DNA of 64,000 nt. Source: Gammaproteobacteria bacterium. GTDB lineage: Bacteria; Pseudomonadota; Gammaproteobacteria; Eutrophobiales; Eutrophobiaceae. Location: contig SCUJ01000006.1 of the NCBI GenBank assembly GCA_004297165.1, forward strand, positions 1,648,045 to 1,712,044, given 5' to 3'. Below are positions 9,248 through 16,965 of this stretch, piece by piece (position 1 is the stretch's first letter; every line of letters starts with the position of its first letter). A program made the translations under genes and the position numbers. The notes below the pieces were generated by a model. The model was not told the origin of the DNA. It did not search any database and saw nothing but the letters and a program-made list of their open reading frames with translations.

Positions 9248-10714
9248 ATGAGCGTGAATTTTTCCAGCAACCCGATGTTCAATGGGACCTTCAGCGAACC
9301 CTGCAGGGTCGAGGCGGATGTCTTCGACCTCGAGGTCGAGGGCGAATTGCCCGCCGATCTCGACGGGGCGTTCTACCGCGTCCAACCAGATTTCATCTAC
9401 CCGCCGCGTTATGCGAACGATGTCCCCTTCAACGGTGACGGCCATGTCAGCATGTTTCGTTTCGCAAACAGTCATGTGGATTTCAAGTGCCGCTACGTCA
9501 AGACCCAGCGCTACAAGGCGCAGGTCGCGGCCCGCCAGGCGCTGTACGGCACCTACCGCAACCGCGACACCGACGACCCCTCGGTGCGTAAACTGAGCGG
9601 CGGGACCGCCAACACGAATCTCATTTTCCACGCCGGCAAGTTATTCGCGATGAAGGAGGACAGCCCGCCGGTGCGCATCGACCCGCACACCCTGGAGACC
9701 CTGGATGATTACTACACCTTCAATGGCCGGCTGAAGAGCGAGACCTTCACCGCCCATCCCAAGCTCGACCCGATCTCCGGCGAGATGGTTGCGCTCAACT
9801 ACGAGGCCAGGGGCAACGGCTCGCGCGATGTCGCCATCTATTCCTTCGACAAGACCGGTGCGGTCAACTGGGAGACGTGGGTCAAGGTGCCCTACGCCGG
9901 GATGATCCACGACTTCGCCCTGACGCAGAAACACATCGCCTTCCTGGTCATCCCCATGGCGGTGAACATGGAACAGATGAAACAGGGCGGCGTGCATTTC
10001 GCCTGGGATTCCACGCTGCCCACCTGGCTCGGCGTGCTGGAGCGCGGCGGCGATGGCTCGGACCTGCGCTGGTTCAAGGGGCCGGAGCAGAGCGCCACCC
10101 ACGTGCTGAACGGTTTCTCCGACGGCAGCAAGGTCTATCTCGACATGGATATGTCCACGGGCAACCAGTTTCCCTTCTTCCCCATGCTGCACGAGCCCTA
10201 CGACTTTCAACGCGCCGCCGGCCGTCTGACGCGCCTATCCGTGGATCTCGCCGGCAAGGCGGAGACCTATGACAAAGAGATCCTCTATCCCGAGATCGGC
10301 GTACTGCCCCGCGCCGATGAACGCTACTGGTCCCTGCCCTACAAGGTGGGCTTCATGCCGGTGACGAACCTCGCCCGCCCCATGGACCCGGCGCTCACCG
10401 GCAACACCGGCCTCGTGTTGAACACCTGGACCCGCTTCGATCACGACCGCCGCAAGAGCACCGCCTTTCTGGTGGATAACGTCTCCAGCCTGCAGGAATG
10501 CCAGTTCGTCCCGCGCCGTAGCGACGCGCCCGAAGGCGCGGGCTATCTTATCGGCCTGTGCAACCGCCACGTCGAACGCCGCACCGATCTCCTCATCCTC
10601 GACGCCGAACACCTCGATGCAGGCCCCATCGCCACAGTCAAACTCCCACTGCGCCTGCGCAACGGCGTGCATGGGCATTGGGTGGCGGGGGAGGCGTTGC
10701 GGGGAAAGAAATAA
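9248..10714 (+). CDS. Carotenoid cleavage oxygenase family protein (RPE65/lignostilbene-alpha,beta-dioxygenase-like)
   Basis: 488 aa; family-typical length and conserved His-containing segments (FDGDGHV..., HDFALTQKH, ATHVLNGF, HGHWV). Confidence 0.85.
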   Translation: MSVNFSSNPMFNGTFSEPCRVEADVFDLEVEGELPADLDGAFYRVQPDFIYPPRYANDVPFNGDGHVSMFRFANSHVDFKCRYVKTQRYKAQVAARQALYGTYRNRDTDDPSVRKLSGGTANTNLIFHAGKLFAMKEDSPPVRIDPHTLETLDDYYTFNGRLKSETFTAHPKLDPISGEMVALNYEARGNGSRDVAIYSFDKTGAVNWETWVKVPYAGMIHDFALTQKHIAFLVIPMAVNMEQMKQGGVHFAWDSTLPTWLGVLERGGDGSDLRWFKGPEQSATHVLNGFSDGSKVYLDMDMSTGNQFPFFPMLHEPYDFQRAAGRLTRLSVDLAGKAETYDKEILYPEIGVLPRADERYWSLPYKVGFMPVTNLARPMDPALTGNTGLVLNTWTRFDHDRRKSTAFLVDNVSSLQECQFVPRRSDAPEGAGYLIGLCNRHVERRTDLLILDAEHLDAGPIATVKLPLRLRNGVHGHWVAGEALRGKK

Positions 10715-10731
10715 ATGTGAGGAATGTCCTT

Positions 10732-11415
10732 ATGTACACGCTCTACATCGCCAATAAAAACTATTCCTCCTGGTCGCTGCGGCCGTGGCTGTTGCTGCGG
10801 GAGTTGGGCATCCCGTTCGAGGAGAGGCTGATGCGATTCGAGTCGGCCTCGAACTGGGAGGCCTTTCGCAAGTTTTCGCCCAGCGGGCAGGTGCCTACGC
10901 TGCATGATGGTTCAACGGTGGTGTGGGATTCGCTGGCCATTACCGAATACCTTGCCGAACGACATAAAGGCGTCTGGCCCGAAGATGAAACGGCGCGCGC
11001 CTGGGCCCGTTGCGCGGCCGCGGAGATGCATTCCGGCTTCACAGTCCTGCGCACCCGGTGCTCCAACAGTTGCGGGGTGCGGGTCAGATTGAACGAAATA
11101 CCGGGGGATCTGCAACGCGATATCGGGAGGATCAACGAGTTGTGGAACGAGGGGCTCAAGCGGTTCGGCGGGCCTTTCCTTGCGGAATCAAAATTCACGG
11201 CGGTCGATGCCTTCTACGCGCCGGTGGCGTTCCGTTTCCAGACCTATGGGTTGAAGGCCGAGGGGACCGCGGCCGCTTACCTGGCTCGAATCCTCGCGTT
11301 GCCTTCGATGCGCAGTTGGTACGCGGATGCGTTGCAGGAACCGTGGCGAGAAGAGGCTCACGATGCGCATCTTGCCACCTATGGCACGGTCATCGAGGAT
11401 TTGCGGGCACAATAA
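10732..11415 (+). CDS. Glutathione S-transferase (YfcG/Nu-class-like)
   Basis: Start at ATG 10732 (MYTLYIANKNYSSWSLRPWLLLRELGIPFEE); ORF-track N-terminal extension is Arg/Pro-rich artefact. Confidence 0.8.
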   Translation: MYTLYIANKNYSSWSLRPWLLLRELGIPFEERLMRFESASNWEAFRKFSPSGQVPTLHDGSTVVWDSLAITEYLAERHKGVWPEDETARAWARCAAAEMHSGFTVLRTRCSNSCGVRVRLNEIPGDLQRDIGRINELWNEGLKRFGGPFLAESKFTAVDAFYAPVAFRFQTYGLKAEGTAAAYLARILALPSMRSWYADALQEPWREEAHDAHLATYGTVIEDLRAQ

Positions 11416-11437
11416 CTTGAGCTTGGAGGGAATGCCC

Positions 11438-11977
11438 ATGAAACGTCACACGATAATACCATTCATGGCCCTGGCCTGGTGCCTGGTCACCCCCGCCCCT
11501 GGTTTCACGCAGGACAATCTCGCCGAACCGTTGGAGCCTTTCCGCCCGTATCTCGAGAAAACCTGGAAAGGTCGATTCGAAAACCAGGGGGCGGAAAAAC
11601 CCGTCCATGACGTCTCGCGCTGGGAGCGCGCGCTCAATGGTCAGGCGGTTCGCGTGCTGCACTCCGTCAATGACGGCGAATACGGCGGCGAGTCGATCAT
11701 CTTCTGGGATGCCGAAAAAAAGGGCATCGTCTTTTATTATTTCACCACCGCGGGATATTTCACGACCGGCACCATGATTCTGGAGGACAACAAATTCGTC
11801 AGCCATGAATACGTGAAGGGCGCGACGGACGGCATAACGGAAGTCCGGAGTACAACCGAGATCACCCCCGATGGCAGGATGCTCAGCAAGGCGCGATATT
11901 TCCGGAACGGCCAATGGGAGGTGGGGCATGAGGTGACTTACGTAGAGGATGCCTCGGCACAGGTCGTGTTCAGATAA
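11438..11977 (+). CDS. Hypothetical secreted protein
   Basis: RBS ggaggg then ATG; signal peptide MKRHTIIPFMALAWCLVTPAPG; 3' end duplicated at 13579-13623. Confidence 0.5.
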   Translation: MKRHTIIPFMALAWCLVTPAPGFTQDNLAEPLEPFRPYLEKTWKGRFENQGAEKPVHDVSRWERALNGQAVRVLHSVNDGEYGGESIIFWDAEKKGIVFYYFTTAGYFTTGTMILEDNKFVSHEYVKGATDGITEVRSTTEITPDGRMLSKARYFRNGQWEVGHEVTYVEDASAQVVFR

Positions 11978-12013
11978 CAGGCCGCTTAGGCAAAGCCCGG
12001 GGTCATGGGGTGA

Positions 12014-13378
12014 TTACATAACCCATTGGGTTAACAGACCGGCCCCACCGCAGGCGACGATTACGGGAATGACTCCGATACGATAGCGAAACAGCGCGAC
12101 CGCAGCCGCGATTGCAATAATCGCCGCAGTCCATTCGAAGGGCTGTCCGAACCCTCCCGGCCACACCACGTGATACCCGAAGAACAACGCGAGATTCAAA
12201 ACGACACCGACCACCGCCGCGGTGATGGCCGTCAGCGGCGCGGTGAATTTCAGATCGCCGTAAGTGGATTCCACCAGCGGACCCCCGGCGAGAATAAACA
12301 GAAACGACGGCAGGAAGGTGAACCAGGTCACCAGCGTCGCCGCTGTGGCGCCGGCCAGGAATTGTTGATCAAGACCGAATGACTGCCCCACGTAGGCGCC
12401 AACGAAGCCGACAAAGGCCACCACCATGATCAGCGGTCCGGGCGTGGTCTCGCCAAGCGCGAGTCCGTCAATCATCTGGATCGGAGTCAGCCAGGCGTAG
12501 TAATCAACCGCCCCCTGATAGACATAGGGCAGGACGGCATAGGCGCCGCCGAACGTAAGCAGGGCGGCCTTCGTGAAAAACCAGCCCATCTGCGTCAGGG
12601 TGTCGTCCCACCCGCGGGCTAAGGTCAGCAACAGCATCGGTCCGGCCCACAACAGCGCGAATACGATCAGGATCTCCGCCAGGCGTAAGGGACTGAATCG
12701 GGCATGTGCCGGCGTTGGCGTCGTATCGTCTATCAGCGCGGGGCCGAACGATTGCCCCGCCGCGGCATGACCGCCGCCGATGCGGAAACACTCGGGCAGG
12801 TAGCGCCCTCCGAGCCACCCGGCGAGGGCAGCCGCAATGACGATGGCTGGGAACGGGACCGCGAACACGGCAATCGCGGCAAACGCAGCCGCCGCGATCG
12901 CCCTCAGGATCCAATTTCTCAGGGCGCTCGTCCCGATCCTATGGGCCGCGTGCAGTACGATCGCGGTTACCGCGGGTTTTATGCCGTAGAACAGACCGAC
13001 GATGAACGGCACGTCCCCAAAGACGATGTAGATCCACGACAGGCCGATCATGATGAACAGCGACGGCAGCACGAACAACGCGCCAGCGACCACACCTCCC
13101 CAGGTGCGGTGCATCAGCCAGCCGATGTAGGTCGCGAGCTGCTGGGCCTCCGGGCCCGGCAAGAGCATGCAGTAATTCAGCGCGTGCAGGAAACGCCGTT
13201 CGCTGATCCAGCGTCGGCGTTCGACCAGTTCAGTGTGCATAATCGAGATTTGGCCGGCGGGGCCGCCGAAGCTGATGAATCCCAGCTTCAGCCAGAAACG
13301 AAAGGCCTCCCCGAAGCTCACTTTCGGCGGGGACAACGGGATATTGGCCGGACGGGCTTTGAGATCTGCGGGAGTCAT
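12014..13378 (-). CDS. chrA: Chromate ion transporter (CHR family) ChrA
   Basis: 454 aa polytopic membrane protein; ChrA signature N-terminus FGEAFRFWLKLGFISFGGPAGQISIMHTELVERRRWISERRFLHALNYCMLLPGPEAQQLATYIGW; duplicated two-domain architecture. Confidence 0.9.
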   Translation of the reverse strand: MTPADLKARPANIPLSPPKVSFGEAFRFWLKLGFISFGGPAGQISIMHTELVERRRWISERRFLHALNYCMLLPGPEAQQLATYIGWLMHRTWGGVVAGALFVLPSLFIMIGLSWIYIVFGDVPFIVGLFYGIKPAVTAIVLHAAHRIGTSALRNWILRAIAAAAFAAIAVFAVPFPAIVIAAALAGWLGGRYLPECFRIGGGHAAAGQSFGPALIDDTTPTPAHARFSPLRLAEILIVFALLWAGPMLLLTLARGWDDTLTQMGWFFTKAALLTFGGAYAVLPYVYQGAVDYYAWLTPIQMIDGLALGETTPGPLIMVVAFVGFVGAYVGQSFGLDQQFLAGATAATLVTWFTFLPSFLFILAGGPLVESTYGDLKFTAPLTAITAAVVGVVLNLALFFGYHVVWPGGFGQPFEWTAAIIAIAAAVALFRYRIGVIPVIVACGGAGLLTQWVM

Positions 13379-13578
13379 GCGGGATGGCCCGCCGTAATGA
13401 CGACGATCAGCCCGTCAAACCATGCCGAGTAGTCGATCATCGTCCGTCTCCGAAAGCCGCGTGCCATCCGACAGGCATTCCAGTATCTAATAATACAGGG
13501 GACAGGTCACGATTTTGCAACCCTTGGTCTGCCCCTATTATCTTCTGCTACGGTCATCTAAGATTTGCGGACCAAGAG

Positions 13579-13623
13579 GTGAACTATGTGGAGGATGCCT
13601 CTGCACAAGTCGTGTTCAAATAA
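13579..13623 (+). pseudogene. Orphan remnant: about 45 nt near-copy of the 3' end (…YVEDASAQVVF[K/R]*) of gene 11438..11977
   Basis: Direct nucleotide comparison of 11933-11977 vs 13579-13623 (about 85% identical, same reading frame and stop). Confidence 0.4.
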
Positions 13624-13650
13624 TATTCCGCTGTCCTGAAGGAGGATCCG

Positions 13651-14064
13651 ATGAATAAAAACAAGCTGGTTCGTTCATTATCAAGTCTGCTGATCTTCGC
13701 GCTCGGGCTCGCTGCCGGACTAACCGCGCAGACCCTCACGGATGCGCCGCAGCGTATCGAGCAGCAGCGCACGGACCTGACGGGCGCGCCGGACATGGAG
13801 GTCATCGCCTCGATACTCGAACTCAAGCCCGGAGAAAGCGCCGATCGCCACCTTCACCACGGGGTCGAGGCATTCCATGTTCTGCAAGGGGCCCGGATTC
13901 AGGCGCAGGGACAGGATCCGACCACACTGGCGACCGGCTTCACATCGATGAATCTACGGGATGTCCCACACGCCGGTTTCACCGTCGTCGGCGACACTTC
14001 ATTGAAGCTCTTCACCGTGCATATCGTCGACAAGGGCAAGCCGCTTTACGACTTCGTGAAGTAG
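13651..14064 (+). CDS. Cupin domain-containing secreted protein
   Basis: 137 aa; signal peptide; HLHHGVEAFHVLQG cupin motif-like segment. Confidence 0.55.
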   Translation: MNKNKLVRSLSSLLIFALGLAAGLTAQTLTDAPQRIEQQRTDLTGAPDMEVIASILELKPGESADRHLHHGVEAFHVLQGARIQAQGQDPTTLATGFTSMNLRDVPHAGFTVVGDTSLKLFTVHIVDKGKPLYDFVK

Positions 14065-14066
14065 AG

Positions 14067-15752
14067 TTACTCGTCTCCTATCAGCACGGCGCCTTTGGAC
14101 ATGGGCTGCACATTGCGCTGGTAAATCCCGAGATAACCGCCGCGTTTTTGCAGGATGGGTTCGCCCCGTGCAGCCCGGCGCTGGTTCAGCACTTCGGCGG
14201 GGACGTCGAGATCGAGCCGGCGTTTCTCCACATCGATAACGATGGTGTCGCCTGTCTCCACCAATGATAACGGTCCGCCGATGGCGGCCTCTGGTGAGAC
14301 CTCGGCCACGGTCAGGCCCTTGTTGCAGAGCCCGGACAACTGACCGTCGGTGACGAGTCCGATCTCGGCGGAAAGCCCGAGGGCATCGAGCGCGAAGAGG
14401 ACCCCGCCCGCGCTCCCGCCCATGCCGGGCGAGCCCTTGGGGCCATCGCCACGGACGACGATAATCGAGCCGGATTTAATCTCGCCACGCTTCAACGCCT
14501 CGGTCGCCAGTGCACCATGTTCGAATACCACAGCGGGACCCGTCATGGCCAGGGTACGGTTCCTGCTGGTCCCCAGTTTGACGATGGCGCTCTCCGGCGC
14601 GAGCGTGCCGTGCAGGATGACGATGGGCGGCTTACTGGAGAATGGATTGCCGCGGGGACGAATCACCTCCTCATCGGCAACCTTCACTCCCTTGAGGTTT
14701 TCCCGCAGGGTCCTGCCGGTCACGGTCATCACATCGAGATCGAGCAAGTCCCCAAGCTGAGAGAGGATGGCCCGTGCCCCGCCCGCCGCCTCGAATTCCT
14801 CGATGGTGTTCTCGCCGTTGGGCCGCACGGCAGAGAGGACAGGGATACTGCGAGACAAGTCCTCGAACAGTTTGAAGACATCCAGATCCAGTCCCGTCTC
14901 AACGGCCGTGGCTTGCAAATGTTTGACGGCGTTGATCGAACCCGACACTGCGAGTACCGCGGCGGCGGCATTGTGAAAGGCGCCGGGCGTCAGAATCGTA
15001 CGCGGACGCAGGTCCTCCAGCACCATTTGCACGATACGCCTCGCGGCGGCGCGGGCATCGTCAAACATCTTGGGGCTGTTGGCGAGCACTGGGGCGCTGC
15101 CCGGCAACGCCATACCAATCGCCTCGCAGACGACATGCATGGTGTTGGCGGTGGCCATGCCCTGGCAGACGCCGGGACCGCGAATTGCATTCCCGCTTAT
15201 GCCCTTGAGTTGCTCCTGAGACAGCTTGCCCATCGCGGCATGGGTGGCGCCGAGGAAGACATCCTCGATATCCACATGTTTCCCTTCATAGACGCCGGCC
15301 GGCTGGTAGCCGCAGATCACGATGATGGTGGGGATGTTGAAGCGCCCCGCCGCCATCATGTGCGCGGGCGGGGTCTTGTCGCAGGAGGTCAGGCAGATCA
15401 TCCCGTCAAGCTGGGCGCCCTCCACCGCGATCTCCATGTCGTTGACGATGAGGTCCCGGGCCGAGAGGATGTAGCCGACGCTGCCGGCGCTGACGATGAA
15501 GTCGCTCGGTGCGGTGGTGCGGATCTCGAACGGCAGGCCGCCGGCCTCGCGAATCGTCTCCTTGACGACCTTGGCGATGCCGTCGAGATGGCTGAAACAG
15601 ATGGCGAGTTCCGAAGAGCTGTTGACCACCGCGATCTTGGGTTTTTCCATGTCCGCGTCCGTGAGCCCTAGCGCGGTCCATTGCGCCCTGCGCGTGGCCC
15701 AGCGTGGGGTGCCCGGTTCGAAGTTACTGCGCAATTTGACTGGATTTTTCAT
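14067..15752 (-). CDS. IlvD/EDD family dehydratase (dihydroxy-acid or sugar-acid dehydratase)
   Basis: 561 aa; CDKTPP and Fe-S ligand region, SGS...CPG motifs typical of IlvD/Edd family. Confidence 0.9.
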   Translation of the reverse strand: MKNPVKLRSNFEPGTPRWATRRAQWTALGLTDADMEKPKIAVVNSSSELAICFSHLDGIAKVVKETIREAGGLPFEIRTTAPSDFIVSAGSVGYILSARDLIVNDMEIAVEGAQLDGMICLTSCDKTPPAHMMAAGRFNIPTIIVICGYQPAGVYEGKHVDIEDVFLGATHAAMGKLSQEQLKGISGNAIRGPGVCQGMATANTMHVVCEAIGMALPGSAPVLANSPKMFDDARAAARRIVQMVLEDLRPRTILTPGAFHNAAAAVLAVSGSINAVKHLQATAVETGLDLDVFKLFEDLSRSIPVLSAVRPNGENTIEEFEAAGGARAILSQLGDLLDLDVMTVTGRTLRENLKGVKVADEEVIRPRGNPFSSKPPIVILHGTLAPESAIVKLGTSRNRTLAMTGPAVVFEHGALATEALKRGEIKSGSIIVVRGDGPKGSPGMGGSAGGVLFALDALGLSAEIGLVTDGQLSGLCNKGLTVAEVSPEAAIGGPLSLVETGDTIVIDVEKRRLDLDVPAEVLNQRRAARGEPILQKRGGYLGIYQRNVQPMSKGAVLIGDE

Positions 15753-15837
15753 TCACGCCCCCCATACGGACCAGAATTGGCCGGCTGTCGCAGTATAGGG
15801 ATGGCAGCCGGTGGGTTGAACAAGCGCCGGGGTGCGT

Positions 15838-16683
15838 TCAGCTTTCTCGATTTGTTATGAAATGCGGCTTACGTTCCCAGGGAGGGATCGGCTGCATGTG
15901 CGATTGCAGAAACTGGACCAGATCGTTGATCAGCGGTTTGTGCAGTTTGACGTTCGGGACCAGCGCCTTCAGCCACAAGCGCCGCAACGGAAACTCTTCC
16001 AGCAGGCTCACGAGGCGGCCGCGTTTCAGGTCCGTCTCCACCACGAAGCGCGGCAGTACCGCAACGCCAATACCAAGCAACGTGGCCTCCCGCAGGACGG
16101 TGGCCTCGTTGACATGGAGTTTGGAATGGATCTCCACCGTCAATGGACCGCGCGGTCCTTCGAAGGTCCAGGATTGCCCCAGCAGGATGGAGGTCAGGCA
16201 CTCATGATCCACGAGGTCGCGCGGTTGCAGCGGCCGGCCTTTCCGCGCCAGATAATCCGGCGCGGCGCACAAGACGAGCTGATAGGGGGTGAGCGGGATA
16301 TCCACTACGTTGGCATAGGAAGTGGGCGCGGCGGCAATCACCAGGTCAAAATTCTCGTCCATGGGATTGACGGAACGATCCACCACGGCGATCTCCAGAC
16401 TCACGCCGGGGTGTGCCGCCTGGAATTCGCAGAACAGCCGTCCCAGATATCTGGTGGTGACCGTGGTCGGGGCCTTGATGCGCAGATGGCCGTTGCTCCC
16501 CTTATGCGCGGACCGGTTGTTCTGGATGATGTCCTCCAGTTCCGTGACCAGCCGCTGATAGCGTGGCAGGATCCGCTCCCCCGCCTCGGTCAGTTTCAGG
16601 CCGCGCGTGGAACGCTGGAACAGTTTCTCGCCCATCTGCCGTTCAAGGCTGGTGATGCGCTTGGTGATGACGGAAGGCGCCAC
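15838..16683 (-). CDS. LysR-family transcriptional regulator (as called from GTG; HTH appears to continue upstream to about 16770 without a canonical start)
   Basis: Substrate-binding domain plus partial HTH (…SVITKRITSLERQMGEKLFQRSTRGLKLTEAGE); upstream in-frame translation continues LILNTLQNIKAFIQVARLASFSAAARELGV until a TAG. Confidence 0.75.
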   Translation of the reverse strand: MAPSVITKRITSLERQMGEKLFQRSTRGLKLTEAGERILPRYQRLVTELEDIIQNNRSAHKGSNGHLRIKAPTTVTTRYLGRLFCEFQAAHPGVSLEIAVVDRSVNPMDENFDLVIAAAPTSYANVVDIPLTPYQLVLCAAPDYLARKGRPLQPRDLVDHECLTSILLGQSWTFEGPRGPLTVEIHSKLHVNEATVLREATLLGIGVAVLPRFVVETDLKRGRLVSLLEEFPLRRLWLKALVPNVKLHKPLINDLVQFLQSHMQPIPPWERKPHFITNRES

Positions 16684-16965
16684 TCCAAGTTCACGGGCGG
16701 CGGCCGAGAAACTGGCGAGCCTCGCGACCTGGATGAAGGCCTTGATGTTTTGCAGGGTGTTCAGGATCAGCTACCTCAAAACGAGAAAACTGTTTGCCAA
16801 TTTTGACACGTTCTCGCGCTACGGATACCTGTCTATTATTACACACCCGCTGAAGGGGTTTTGCGACAATGTTGTATTTCGGTCGCGGCATTAAGATCAA
16901 ATCGAGGACATTCCCTCGCGGGGGGATTAATTCCTGACAGGTATATCCAGCATAGGGGGTTTGGT

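Noticed and set aside
12014-13623. Transposon or insertion sequence carrying chrA
   Set aside because: No transposase ORF, no terminal inverted repeats. Only the 45-nt direct duplication was found, so it is reported as a duplication scar rather than a mobile element.
15832-16806. 324 aa ORF on + strand
   Set aside because: Antisense to the LysR regulator, which has a clear HTH and substrate-binding domain.
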